Source of the DNA: an uncultured bacterium
GTDB taxonomy: Bacteria > Lernaellota > Lernaellaia > Lernaellales > Lernaellaceae
Reading direction: 5' to 3'
DNA: 64,000 nucleotides
Assembly (NCBI GenBank): GCA_964511015.1
Contig: CAZEDX010000002.1
Location: 197-64,196 of the forward strand
The notes beneath the pieces are model-generated. The model was given only the letters and a program-made list of their open reading frames with translations, did no database searches and was not told the origin of the DNA. Both the position numbers and the translations under genes were made by a program. Shown here in pieces: positions 45,483 through 60,229 of this stretch. Within the stretch, counting starts at the first letter, position 1, and each line of letters begins with the position of its first letter.

Positions 45483-46389
45483 GAGTATCCCATTTCACGT
45501 AGCTTGCCGGCCGAACGAGTCCAGTCTTCCTTAACCTTCACATGCAGATCGAGAAATACCTGGCGTCCCAACAGCGCCTCGATTTTCGCCCGCGCCTGGG
45601 TGCCGATGCGTTTGAGCATGGCGCCGCCCTGTCCAATCACGATTCCCTTCTGGCCTTCACGTTCGACAAAGAGCTCGGCCCGGATGCGCACCAGCTTTTC
45701 TTCCTCTTTGAATTCTTCAACCACGACCGCCGAGGCGTAAGGAATTTCTTGCTTGGTCAGCAGGAACACTTGCTCGCGCACAAGTTCACCACAAAGGAAG
45801 CGCTCGGTAACGTCGGTGATTTGGTCTGGCGGATAGTACAGCGGGCCGCGGGGCAGCGCCGCGGTCACTTCAGCCAACAGGCCGTCCACCCCGCCTCCAC
45901 GCCGGGCGCTGACCGGCACGATTGCCATGAATGGGAAGCGTTGCCGGTAATCGTCGATCAATGGCAACAGTGTCGGTTTGGCCACCTTGTCGACCTTATT
46001 GATCGCCAGGATGACCGGTCGTTTTTTTTCGCGCAGTTTTTCGATCAGAAGTTCCTCGGAATGCTTGGCCGGCTCGAAAGCCTCGACGATCATCACGATC
46101 ACATCGGCATTTTCCATGCCGCGTTGGACTTCTCGGGCCAGGAACGCATTGAGCCCACGGGAATCGCGCACGACGCCCGGCGCGTCCATGAAGATGATCT
46201 GATGATCGGGTCGTGTATGAATGCCCAGAATGCAATTGCGGGTGGTTTGCGCTTTCGGCGTGACGATGGCCAGTTCGGTTTTCATGATAGTGTTGAGCAG
46301 CGTCGATTTGCCTACATTGGGGCGCCCCAAAAGCATCACGTAGCCCGAACGGAAATCTTCATTCGGCTTGATCGGCGACGCTTTGGCCA

Positions 46390-46393
<4 letters not shown>
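45479..46393 (-). CDS. era: GTPase Era
   Basis: GRPNVGKSTLLN, DAPG and NKVD motifs plus a C-terminal KH domain. Start overlaps the rnc stop. Confidence 0.95.
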
Positions 46394-47091
<698 letters not shown>

Positions 47092-47210
47092 CTTGCACCT
47101 CAACGACGTAGCGATTGTCTCGGTAGCAGACCCACCGCAGCCTGTCAACACGGACTTGCCACTGGTTCCGCGACGGCTATGATGGTGACGTTTTTCAGCC
47201 GGAGGTTCTG

Positions 47211-47660
47211 ATGCGTTGGGGGTCGATTGGTTTGTGGTTGCTCGGCATGTTGTTGATGGCCGTTGCCTGCTCGGGCGGCGGTGACGGTCCGGAAATCCAT
47301 TTGACTCCCTCGCTCTTTGCCGATTCGCTGAGTCTCTATCCGAACCCGGTTGACCCGGGTTCTCCCGTCACATTCTGGGTTGGATGGGAAGACGGCGATG
47401 CCGATTTTGCCGACGCGGTAGTCCGCGTTCGGCGGGTGAACGACTACGAAGAAAGCATCGACATGACGGTCGAAAACCTCGTCATCGAAGGCCAAACGCG
47501 CGGGGTACTTTTCTTCACGGTGACGGTTGGCGAAGACGACCAAGGCACCTACTACGTTTCCGCCGAAGACGAAGCCGGACATGTGAGCAAGGAAGTCAGC
47601 GAGTATCTGTTGGTCAACGCCCCACACCCTGGTGCTGACGACGAGACGGCCAACGACTAG
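47211..47660 (+). CDS. Small acidic lipoprotein (signal peptide, lipobox AVAC)
   Basis: N-terminus MRWGSIGLWLLGMLLMAVACSGGGDG. Acidic mature part. Divergent from rnc and convergent with the miaB-like gene (4-nt overlap). Confidence 0.6.
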   Translation: MRWGSIGLWLLGMLLMAVACSGGGDGPEIHLTPSLFADSLSLYPNPVDPGSPVTFWVGWEDGDADFADAVVRVRRVNDYEESIDMTVENLVIEGQTRGVLFFTVTVGEDDQGTYYVSAEDEAGHVSKEVSEYLLVNAPHPGADDETAND

Positions 47661-48940
47661 CCCAGCAATTCGCCTTTTTCATTGATTTCCTGTACGAAGA
47701 CTTGCTCTTCGCACCCGACCGGAGTCTTTCCCGTCCAAATAACCGGCAGATAGTTGCGACTCATTCCGCGCCGAGTTCCGCCGGGGAGGAAATCCTCCAC
47801 CAGCACATTCAGCCGACGTCCAACGAATCCCGACCGAAAGGCTCGTTGGTGTTCGGCGGCCACTGCTCTGACCTGCGCCGCTCGTTCCCGCGCAAGACTA
47901 CGCGGCACCTTATTTGGCATCTTAGAGGCCACTGTGCCCGGCCGGTCCGAATAGGGAAAAACATGTACATGCGGCAAGCGCAGTCGGGCCAACGTCGCCA
48001 TGGTTTCCGCAAACGCGTCTTCGGTCTCGCCTGGAAAGCCGACCAAGACGTCAGCGCCAATCGTGATATCAGGCACTCGCGCGCGACAGGCGGCCACCGT
48101 CGCCTCGTAGTCCGCAACCCGGTAAGGCCGGTTCATCGCCTCCAGAATTCGATCGCTACCACTCTGCAACGGAATGTGCAGGTGGTTGCAGAATCGCGGC
48201 TCGTTGGCCAACAGATCAATCAACTCGGAAGAGACCTCGCGAGGTTCGAGTGAAGACAAACGCAACCGTGCCACCGGCGTTTGGGCGAGTATCGCGCGAC
48301 ATAAGCGTGCCAAATCGGTCGGCGGTTCTAAGTCGGCGCCGTAAACGCCAAGATGAATGCCCGTTAGAACTACCTCGCCTTGGCCCATGCGAACCAAGTC
48401 ATCGACCGCGCGCACCACATCGCCCGGAGGAACACTCCGGCTTCGTCCTCGCACTCGGGGCACCACACAATACGTGCAATTCGCCGGGCATCCGTCCTGG
48501 ACTTTCAGAAATGCGCGTACATGTCCATTAATCAACGCCGCGTTGCTAGCAGATACGCCTGTTTGGCAGGTAACGTCACCGAGCAAGCGCTCGGTAATAC
48601 CCCGCCGCGAATCGCGCACGAGGCTTACCAATTCGTCCTTTTCCACATTGCCAGTGACCAGATCGGCTTCGGCAAAGGCATCGACCATGCCCCCCCCGCT
48701 TAGTGGAGCACAACCGGTCACGATGACCAATGCGTCCGGATTCGCTCGCCGTCCGCGCTTGACCATCTGGCGAGACTGCCGGTCCGCCAGCGCTGTCACT
48801 GTGCAGGTATTGACCACTACCACGTCCGCCGGACCGGGCCACGGCACAACCTGGTAACCGGCGGCAGAAAACGCCGCTTCGAGATGGGCGGTGTCCACCT
48901 GATTCACCTTGCAGCCCAACGTGGCGAAAGCAACACGCAT
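47657..48940 (-). CDS. MiaB/MtaB-family tRNA methylthiotransferase (radical SAM + TRAM domain)
   Basis: N-terminus MRVAFATLGCKVNQ...VVVNTCTVT (MTTase domain). Radical SAM motif GCPANCTYC. Start moved to the internal ATG at 48940 (427 aa). The longer ORF to 49210 adds a non-conserved Cys-rich leader. Confidence 0.85.
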   Translation of the reverse strand: MRVAFATLGCKVNQVDTAHLEAAFSAAGYQVVPWPGPADVVVVNTCTVTALADRQSRQMVKRGRRANPDALVIVTGCAPLSGGGMVDAFAEADLVTGNVEKDELVSLVRDSRRGITERLLGDVTCQTGVSASNAALINGHVRAFLKVQDGCPANCTYCVVPRVRGRSRSVPPGDVVRAVDDLVRMGQGEVVLTGIHLGVYGADLEPPTDLARLCRAILAQTPVARLRLSSLEPREVSSELIDLLANEPRFCNHLHIPLQSGSDRILEAMNRPYRVADYEATVAACRARVPDITIGADVLVGFPGETEDAFAETMATLARLRLPHVHVFPYSDRPGTVASKMPNKVPRSLARERAAQVRAVAAEHQRAFRSGFVGRRLNVLVEDFLPGGTRRGMSRNYLPVIWTGKTPVGCEEQVFVQEINEKGELLG

Positions 48941-48941
48941 G

Positions 48942-49895
48942 TCAGTCCGATAGCCGTTTGGGTTGGGCGTGTTGCAGAAAAGAGAGCACCTCGTCACGGC
49001 TGGCGATTCCCGCGCGTCCGCCCAACTGTCGGCATTTGAGCGCACTAGCCGCAGCCGCAAGTCGCAGACATTCCTCGATATCCCACTGCCAGAGCAGGCC
49101 GGCCGCGAAACCGGCATGCCACACATCACCAGCGCCGGTAGTATCCAACACCTCGACTTCAAACGCCGGTGTGTGAATGATTTGATCGCCAACCAACGCC
49201 AGCGATCCACGAGGTCCCATGGTCATCGATACGAAGGGGGAGCGGTGCCGGTCACGAATCGCGCGCAATGCACGTTCGGCATCGCGCTCGCCCGTGTAGG
49301 CTACGGGAAAAGACTCGTCACAAAGTACATAGTCGGTCAGGTCAAGCAGCGCCGGCGTTTCCGGCAAATTGCGTTCCATGTCGAGGACGAACGGAACTCT
49401 CACCTCCCGAGCCCATCGGGCGAGTTGAATCGTGGCCGGCATGTTGTGGGCATCGGCCAGAATCAGCCCTCCAGAGAGCAACGTGTCGCGAGAGATTTCG
49501 TCCGCGGAAATCTCCAGTCCCGGCTCGCGCACGTAGGTGATCGTCCGCTCGCCGGTCGATTCACTGATCCAGATCACGGCAACTTGGTTTTGAGTGCCTT
49601 GGGCGGTGAAGCAGGCGGCGATGTCAACTCCCACACGAGTCAGGCTTTCGCGCGCAAAATCGCCTTCCGGCGTGTCGCCAAACTTGCCGACATAACGCGT
49701 GCGTAGACCCATGCGCTGTAGGGCAAAGGCAGCGGTAGCCGCCTGCCCCCCTCCTTCGCGAATCAGCCGCTGTAAACGCATTTTGGTGTTGGGCCGGGGA
49801 TACGACGGCATGAGACACAGGATGTCGCAGGAATTGTAGCCAAAACAAACCGCGTCGAAGACCTGGCCGAAGCGCGGTGGAACAGGAGGTTTCAT
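48942..49895 (-). CDS. PfkB-family carbohydrate/nucleoside kinase (ribokinase-like)
   Basis: N-terminal GG dipeptide region and C-terminal anion-hole motif DTTGAGDVWHAGF. Start at the internal ATG MKPPVPPRF, which overlaps the upstream stop (ATGA). Confidence 0.8.
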   Translation of the reverse strand: MKPPVPPRFGQVFDAVCFGYNSCDILCLMPSYPRPNTKMRLQRLIREGGGQAATAAFALQRMGLRTRYVGKFGDTPEGDFARESLTRVGVDIAACFTAQGTQNQVAVIWISESTGERTITYVREPGLEISADEISRDTLLSGGLILADAHNMPATIQLARWAREVRVPFVLDMERNLPETPALLDLTDYVLCDESFPVAYTGERDAERALRAIRDRHRSPFVSMTMGPRGSLALVGDQIIHTPAFEVEVLDTTGAGDVWHAGFAAGLLWQWDIEECLRLAAAASALKCRQLGGRAGIASRDEVLSFLQHAQPKRLSD

Positions 49896-50743
49896 CGGCC
49901 GATTCTCTTTTTCTCCTGATAGGTCCGCAAGGCTGGCTGCGGCCGTTCCTTGACCATCTGGGCTGCGTCGTGTTGGCAGGCGCGCGCGCAGAGCGCGCAG
50001 CCAAAGCACTTCTCGATATCCACCCTCGCCCGGCCATCCACCATTGTCCGTGCTTCCCAAGGGCAGACCCGCAGGCATTCCCCGCAACCGACGCAGTTTT
50101 CGTGCGCCATGTGCGCAACGTACTCGCCCCGCACCAGCGGAAACCCGTCCTGGCCGAAGACCTTGTTGAGCAAAAATGGTACGCAGCCATCAGTGCAACA
50201 ATTGCAGACTACATACTCATTCAGCCCCGTTTCACTCGGGCAGTGCAGAAAGACCATGTGCCAGAGGCCATCATCGGCGCATTCGGTGACCAGCTGTTTG
50301 GCTTCCTCGCGAGTCAACACGCGGTAATCGTGCGGCCACGCTTTGGTGAAGGCCGCAGTTCCTGTACGGATGACCAAGTCGGTTTCCAAGCGGTGAGAGC
50401 AACTGCGATGGGCGATACGGCAACGACAGCGTCCCACGGCCATCGCAGAGGTCTGGTCATCGATTAACGCCAGCACATCGGCTGTCGGCATTGGATGGGC
50501 GGTGTCAGCATAAGAACCGATCGGATGCAACAGGAAGTGTTTCAGGAACAAACGGCTGATGGAATTGGTCGATAAAAAGCCGAATCGCCCACGCATACCG
50601 GCGTAGGCGATTCGGAGCATGGGAATTTCGATGTACCGCGCAAAGACGAACAACAGCGCCTTGCGCAGGGCGCTTTCTTCGCTGGTCACCAAGTGGCCTA
50701 CCAGCAGCAGGACACCCGGATCCAGCGCGCCGCCGTCTAGCAA
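49892..50743 (-). CDS. 4Fe-4S dicluster domain protein with unknown N-terminal domain
   Basis: Cys motifs CNCCTDGC, CVGCGECLRVCP and CFGCALCARAC. Confidence 0.75.
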   Translation of the reverse strand: MLDGGALDPGVLLLVGHLVTSEESALRKALLFVFARYIEIPMLRIAYAGMRGRFGFLSTNSISRLFLKHFLLHPIGSYADTAHPMPTADVLALIDDQTSAMAVGRCRCRIAHRSCSHRLETDLVIRTGTAAFTKAWPHDYRVLTREEAKQLVTECADDGLWHMVFLHCPSETGLNEYVVCNCCTDGCVPFLLNKVFGQDGFPLVRGEYVAHMAHENCVGCGECLRVCPWEARTMVDGRARVDIEKCFGCALCARACQHDAAQMVKERPQPALRTYQEKKRIGR

Positions 50744-50747
50744 AGCC

Positions 50748-52097
50748 CTAGAAGCGGAATGACGCTGTCAGCGCGGAGTACAGCATGTGCCCGCGTGCCG
50801 TAAAGCGCGGATAAGCCGGATTCGTCGTCGGGTCTTCTTCCTGCATCTCGCTGTCGGATTTCGACGCCCAGCGTTCGGTCATGTAGTGATCCATCAGCGC
50901 GAAGTTGATCTTCACCAAATCGCCGTTCGGGCCGCCGAAGTTGCCGGCGATGCCGAAGCTCATGACGTGCATCGTCGAATCGAGGATCGTGGTCGTGCCT
51001 TGCTGATCGGGCGAAGCCGACGGATCCAACGCATAGCCGGCCTGCAGGGTCAGATACTTGTACGGCCGAACCTCGATGCCGAAGCGCGGCACAAAGACGT
51101 CGCGGAAATCGGCCTCATCAACGTCCAAAACCGCCGGACGGGTGTAGTCGAGGCCCGCGTCCGCCATCTGGGAGAAGTCGATGCGTGTCTTGGCGAAGGG
51201 CGGCTCATAGGCCGACCAGTTCACCCAGTCGACGCCGGCGGTCAATGTCACGTGTTCGTCCGGAACGCCCGCCACACCGAACGCGAGGCGACGCGGAATA
51301 AAATCGTATTTGGCTTCGTATTCGATGTCGACCACGCTGTCCGGATCGGAGGGATCGATCTTCTGCGACACCGTCTTGTGGTAGTAGCAATAGCTCTGAC
51401 CGAAGTAGGTCAGACCAAAGCGCAGGAATTCGAACGGCTTGGCGTAGAAGCCGATAATCGGCGATGCCTGGCCGGTGAACTGACTGTCGCTCAACGTCTG
51501 CGCCTGGTAATCGCCAGACGCGATCGGCACGTCGGTCGTAAACGAGCCTAGTGAATCCACTGTGATGCGGGCAGCAACGCCTAAGCCGTAATTCGGCGCC
51601 AATTGCACGGCCACAGCCGGCAAGAAGGTCAGACCGAAAATGCTGGTGTCGAAATCGACAAAGTACGGCCGGTTCGGACTGAAGATCTTCTCACGCCGTA
51701 GCCCGTCGATCGGCACCTGCATACCCAGGCCGAGGTAGACCCGATTGAAAAGGCCGCCGGATACGCCGGTCGAGATGAATTGCGCGGCGCCGGGCATCCG
51801 CGCTTGTTTGATCTCGTCGGTATCGCTTGCGTCCGCGCCATCCCGCGACTGACGATCGAGCGTTAGGGCGGGCAGCGTGTAGGAGTAACCCACGAAGGCC
51901 ATCATCTGTTTGGACTCGATCAGGGCGCCGGGGTTGTAAAACGTGGCTTCCGGTCCTTCGGCCAACGCGGTGTATTCGTTTGCCAAACCGGTTGCCCTGG
52001 CATTGAAGCCGAACATATCGAGTTGGTTGGCCAGTGCGAGGCCCGGAATGAGCAGCGCCAGTGCCATGACAAAAATGAGACAAACCGCTTTGTACAT
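50748..52097 (-). CDS. Outer-membrane beta-barrel transporter, FadL/TodX (OMPP1) family-like
   Basis: Signal peptide MYKAVCLIFVMALALLIPGLALA. N-terminal hatch-like NQLDMFGFNARATGLANEYTA. Ends with aromatic F (…LTASFRF). Confidence 0.7.
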   Translation of the reverse strand: MYKAVCLIFVMALALLIPGLALANQLDMFGFNARATGLANEYTALAEGPEATFYNPGALIESKQMMAFVGYSYTLPALTLDRQSRDGADASDTDEIKQARMPGAAQFISTGVSGGLFNRVYLGLGMQVPIDGLRREKIFSPNRPYFVDFDTSIFGLTFLPAVAVQLAPNYGLGVAARITVDSLGSFTTDVPIASGDYQAQTLSDSQFTGQASPIIGFYAKPFEFLRFGLTYFGQSYCYYHKTVSQKIDPSDPDSVVDIEYEAKYDFIPRRLAFGVAGVPDEHVTLTAGVDWVNWSAYEPPFAKTRIDFSQMADAGLDYTRPAVLDVDEADFRDVFVPRFGIEVRPYKYLTLQAGYALDPSASPDQQGTTTILDSTMHVMSFGIAGNFGGPNGDLVKINFALMDHYMTERWASKSDSEMQEEDPTTNPAYPRFTARGHMLYSALTASFRF

Positions 52098-52206
52098 TGC
52101 GTCTCTCCTACCAGCCTCTATAGATATGCGGACTAAGATTGCCGAATGATATCACCGGCCAAGAGCGGTGTAAAGAAAGTCTTCCGCCCCCCGTCACCTC
52201 CCCCAA

Positions 52207-54369
52207 TTAGTCTGTTTTCCGCAATTCTTGGGCATGGACCACCCGGTTGCGCCCCCCCTGCTTGGCAGCATAGAGCGCTTGATCGGCCAGGGTGACGAGC
52301 CCCTTTTTGTCGGCGGAGTCGCGGGGATAGCCAGCAATACCCATGCTCACCGTCAAGCGCAGTTTTCCTGCGGGATAGACAACGTCGGTCTGCGAAATGC
52401 GTTCGCGCACACGGTTCGCGAAACGAACAGCCCCCTTGGCGTCGGTGTTCAACAGCACCAACGCAAATTCCTCACCTCCATAACGGGCGACCAGGTCGCT
52501 TTGCCGCACGCTGGACCGTAAAATTCGTGCCACTTCGCGCAAAGCCACATCGCCCACCGGATGACCGTGGGTGTCGTTGATCTTTTTGAAGAAGTCAATG
52601 TCCGTCATGATCAACGCGATGTCGATCGGCATACGCCGGGTGCGGGCTAGTTCCTGATCAAGCCATTCCTGGAAATAGCGATGGTTGTAACATTCGGTCA
52701 GACCATCGATGGTCGCGAGTTCCTCCATCTTGGCGTGCACCGAAGCATTCTCCAGACTGACCGCCGCCTGCACCGCAAGCACCTCGAAAAATTTGATCTC
52801 GTGCGAGGTAAACGCCTCCGGTTCGGCCAGACCAAAAACCAACAGGCCACTGACAAAATTACGCCGCATCAACGGCAAACATAGAAGGCTCTCCACGTTC
52901 TTGATCGCCAATTCCTTGGAAAATACCGGCCGGCGTCGTTCGGATTTGCCTAACCGTTCTTGCAGACGCGGGTAATGCAGGTAGGTCTTGGAGCCAACAA
53001 CCCACCCCACCAGGCTCTCGCCAAGCAGGAAAGTTTTGCCCAACCATTTTTCCGGCGGCAGGCCGGCAACGGCGACGATTACAGCCGACTGCCCATCGGC
53101 TTCAACGTGCGCCAGCACACCAAAGTCGTACGGCAAAATAGCCTGCCCCGACTCAAGAATGACGCGGCTGACGGTGTCCAAATCGATCGACGAAGTCAGC
53201 TTCTTGATAATGTCATAGAAAGCCGTGATCTCTGTTTTCTGCGCGGCGACCTGACGATAAGCACGTTCCCGACCGAGGGACTCGACCACTTGCCGGCCCA
53301 TCATCTCCAGAAAACGTTTCTCTTCCTCGCCGAAGTGGTACGGCTGTTGATGGTCGGCAGCCAGCACGCCGATGACCCGCCGCCCTTCCACCAACGGCAC
53401 CGCCAACAGGGCTCGCGGCCGGGCTCCCCAACTGCGATGCCGGCCGCGCGTATAGAAGCGGCCGAGGTCTTCCGCCACCACATTGCGTTGTTGCTCGAGC
53501 ACCTGCATCAGCACTGAGTCTGACACATCCTGCCCTAATACACCTGCAGGCGGCGTCTCGTCCGACGAAACCGCACGCAAGGTCAGCGAACGTCCGTCCT
53601 CGTCGGCGAAAGCAATCAATGCGGTGTGGGCGGTCATCGCGCGCTTGGTGATCTCAGCAATGTCCGCCAACACCCGGTCGATCTGCAACAAGGCATTGAC
53701 GTCTGCCTTGGCCATTTCCTCCCGACTCAATGCCGCCGCCCCCTGCTCGCGCGCGGCGGCAAGTTGTTCGGCGTCAGTGGTCAATCGATAGAGCGCGCGT
53801 TGAGCGCGCAATGCGCGGTCGCGGGCAATTTTGACATAGAGACCAATTGTCAATAGCGAAACGACGGACAGACCGGCGGCAACCAGAAAACTCATCGGAG
53901 CGACGGATTTGGTTTTCCATTCATGAGCCACCAAGACCACCAATGAAAACGCGGTGAGGGCTGCGCTGACGGCGAAACCGACCAGGGCTACCATCACGCC
54001 GGCCAGCAAGTAGAACACCGGCAACAACGGACTGGTAAGTCCGCCGGTGGCCTGCAACACAACGGAAACGGCGAGGAACAACAACAACCCGAGCTCCGCC
54101 TTGGCCCAATTGCCAAGCGAGGTCGGGGGAACCATAGCCGCCAGAGCCAGGCGCCAAATCAACAGTAGCAGTAGCAATCCGTACAAGCCGATTTGTAAAA
54201 GGCTGGGACCACTTACCAGAACTTCGTTCACGGAAAAGTAGCCGACAACAAGCAATACAACATACACGGCGGCCATCAAAGCGGTATAGTACTTGGCAAG
54301 GAAAGAGGCGAACCGGGCGGCTACAACGCCCAACCTATGGCTCTCCGCGACGCTCTTCGGGGAATACAA
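52207..54369 (-). CDS. Membrane-anchored diguanylate cyclase (multi-TM + GAF domains + GGDEF)
   Basis: About 6 N-terminal TM helices. Active-site motif RYGGEEF with upstream RxxD-like context. Confidence 0.9.
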   Translation of the reverse strand: MYSPKSVAESHRLGVVAARFASFLAKYYTALMAAVYVVLLVVGYFSVNEVLVSGPSLLQIGLYGLLLLLLIWRLALAAMVPPTSLGNWAKAELGLLLFLAVSVVLQATGGLTSPLLPVFYLLAGVMVALVGFAVSAALTAFSLVVLVAHEWKTKSVAPMSFLVAAGLSVVSLLTIGLYVKIARDRALRAQRALYRLTTDAEQLAAAREQGAAALSREEMAKADVNALLQIDRVLADIAEITKRAMTAHTALIAFADEDGRSLTLRAVSSDETPPAGVLGQDVSDSVLMQVLEQQRNVVAEDLGRFYTRGRHRSWGARPRALLAVPLVEGRRVIGVLAADHQQPYHFGEEEKRFLEMMGRQVVESLGRERAYRQVAAQKTEITAFYDIIKKLTSSIDLDTVSRVILESGQAILPYDFGVLAHVEADGQSAVIVAVAGLPPEKWLGKTFLLGESLVGWVVGSKTYLHYPRLQERLGKSERRRPVFSKELAIKNVESLLCLPLMRRNFVSGLLVFGLAEPEAFTSHEIKFFEVLAVQAAVSLENASVHAKMEELATIDGLTECYNHRYFQEWLDQELARTRRMPIDIALIMTDIDFFKKINDTHGHPVGDVALREVARILRSSVRQSDLVARYGGEEFALVLLNTDAKGAVRFANRVRERISQTDVVYPAGKLRLTVSMGIAGYPRDSADKKGLVTLADQALYAAKQGGRNRVVHAQELRKTD

Positions 54370-54649
54370 AGACCGTTTCGTCTTCGCGGATCATTCCCAT
54401 CTGTTGACGTATGATCTGTTCTTGCGCCTCGGTATTGGTGTCCAGTCGCCTAATTTCTTCCTGAAGTGATAGCTTGGTCTGTTCCAGATCGAAGATACGT
54501 TTCTCGATTTGCATTTTTCCTATCGACAACTGGCGCACGTGCAATAGGCCGTTATCGCTAAAAACCAAGTAGGCGAGCGCCAGAGCCAAGGATACGACTA
54601 CAGCTGCCAATTTCCACTTGGGTTTTTCCAACTTCAAGTCGGACACCAA
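54335..54649 (-). CDS. ftsB: Septum formation initiator family protein (FtsB/DivIC-like)
   Basis: Single TM followed by a coiled coil LSIGKMQIEKRIFDLEQTKLSLQEEIRRL. Typical size. Its 3' end overlaps the GGDEF gene start by 35 nt. Confidence 0.75.
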   Translation of the reverse strand: MVSDLKLEKPKWKLAAVVVSLALALAYLVFSDNGLLHVRQLSIGKMQIEKRIFDLEQTKLSLQEEIRRLDTNTEAQEQIIRQQMGMIREDETVFVFPEERRGEP

Positions 54650-54946
54650 ACTTGATGAAGTGGTTGAAGGATAGCATTGAAGTTATGGAAAGGCAAGGAA
54701 AATCTTCGATACCGTATGTCGAAGAAATACCCTGTTACGTCTCCTTCTTTAACGCCAGCGACGTTGGAACACCACCAAGGTGACGCATAAAACCGACAAT
54801 AAGCTTAGATTGACCACAATTTCGCCCATCGCACTTCCTCCTTTCGCAAAGAACGGCTAGTAAGGAAGTGTTACAACGACTGTGCCAACACATTTTCACC
54901 CTGTTTTTCATATACTTATCAAGCATTACGTCAAATAGCGAAAAGC

Positions 54947-54989
54947 ACATTTCGTAATCAATTGTCATATTGATTTACATTTCGTAATC
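54947..54989. promoter_or_regulatory. Operator-like element: 13-nt direct repeat ACATTTCGTAATC x2 flanking inverted repeat AATCAAT-tgtcat-ATTGATT
   Basis: Read directly, in the AT-rich ftsB / GT39-like divergent intergenic region, 35-75 nt upstream of the glycosyltransferase start. Confidence 0.35.
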
Positions 54990-55024
54990 TTGCGCGAGTT
55001 GGCCTATCGGCCTAACTTGTCACA

Positions 55025-58967
<3,943 letters not shown>

Positions 58968-58972
58968 ACGGA

Positions 58973-59004
58973 CTCCGGCCGGCGCCTCGAGGCGCCGGCC
59001 GGAG
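58973..59004. terminator. Perfect palindromic GC-rich hairpin CTCCGGCCGGCGCC-tcga-GGCGCCGGCCGGAG between convergent acyP and ald (bidirectional terminator candidate)
   Basis: 14-bp perfect stem read directly. No adjacent U-tract. Confidence 0.45.
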
Positions 59005-59026
59005 ACAAATCACTCGACGACCAAAC

Positions 59027-60130
59027 TCAACCGACGTACGCTTCGTACTTTAGCTTGAAGGCTTCCGCGACTGGTTTGCAGGTCACTTTGCCTTTGTAGA
59101 TGTTGATGCCCTTGCGCAAAGCGTCGTTTTCCGCCACGGCTCGGGTGAAGCCCTTGTCTGCCAGTTCCAACACGTAGCTCAATGTCGCGTTGGTCAACGC
59201 GTAGGTGCTGGTGCGAGGCACGATGCCCGGCATGTTGGCGACGCAGTAGTGTACGACATCATACTTGCGGAACGTCGGGTTGAGGTGCGTCGTGGCGTGG
59301 GTCGTCTCAATGCAACCACCCTGATCCACGCTGATATCGACCACCGCACTGCCCGGCCGCATGCGTTTGATCATGTCGGCAGTCACAAGCTTCGGGGCCT
59401 TGGCGCCGGCAATCAGCACTGCGCCAATGACCAGGTCTGCGTCGATGACAGCCTGTTCAATATTGCCGTGGTTGCTCATCAGGGTAATGACCTTGCCCCG
59501 ATGGATGTCATGAATGTAACGCAGCCGCGCCGGGCTGATGTCGAGAATCGTTACCTGGGCGCCCATGCCGACGGCGATTTCGCATGCGCAGGAACCAGAC
59601 ACGCCCGCGCCGACGATCGCGACCTTGGCCGGGGCCACGCCCGAAACGCCGGCCAGCAGTACGCCGCTGCCGCCGTGACTCGCCTCGAGGCACTGCGCGC
59701 CAACCTGCGGCGCCAACTTGCCGGCCACTTCGCTCATCGGCGTCAGCAACGGCAAGCTGCCGTCCTCGAGCTGAATCGTCTCGTAGGCGATGCCGATGCC
59801 GTTCGATTTGATCATTTCGAAAGTTAGTTCCTTGGCCGCAGCGAGATGCAGATACGTGAAGAGGAGCTGGTTTTTGAGGAATTTGTATTCGCTCGGTAAC
59901 GGCTCTTTGACCTTGACCACCAAGTCCGCCGCATTCCAGACCTCCGCCGCCTTGGGCAGGATCTTGGCGCCCGCGCGCACATACGCCTCGTCGGTGATTC
60001 CACTGCCGACACCAGCCGACTTTTCAATGACCACTTTGTGCCCGTGCGCCACCAGCGCAGAAACGCCCGACGGTGTCATCGCCACGCGTTTCTCCTCGGT
60101 TTTGATCTCTTTCGGGACACCGACAATCAT
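59027..60130 (-). CDS. ald: Alanine dehydrogenase
   Basis: N-terminus MIVGVPKEIKTEEKRVAMTP. NAD-binding VAIVGAGVSG. Start at ATG 60130 with GGAGAGG 7 nt upstream. Confidence 0.95.
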   Translation of the reverse strand: MIVGVPKEIKTEEKRVAMTPSGVSALVAHGHKVVIEKSAGVGSGITDEAYVRAGAKILPKAAEVWNAADLVVKVKEPLPSEYKFLKNQLLFTYLHLAAAKELTFEMIKSNGIGIAYETIQLEDGSLPLLTPMSEVAGKLAPQVGAQCLEASHGGSGVLLAGVSGVAPAKVAIVGAGVSGSCACEIAVGMGAQVTILDISPARLRYIHDIHRGKVITLMSNHGNIEQAVIDADLVIGAVLIAGAKAPKLVTADMIKRMRPGSAVVDISVDQGGCIETTHATTHLNPTFRKYDVVHYCVANMPGIVPRTSTYALTNATLSYVLELADKGFTRAVAENDALRKGINIYKGKVTCKPVAEAFKLKYEAYVG

Positions 60131-60229
60131 GATTACCTCTCCACCTGTGATTGGAAGTGATTTGCGTCTACGTACCAAGAACCGAAGAATGCTTCAAGGT
60201 TCGAACTTTATCCTCAGTCTGGCCGGACG

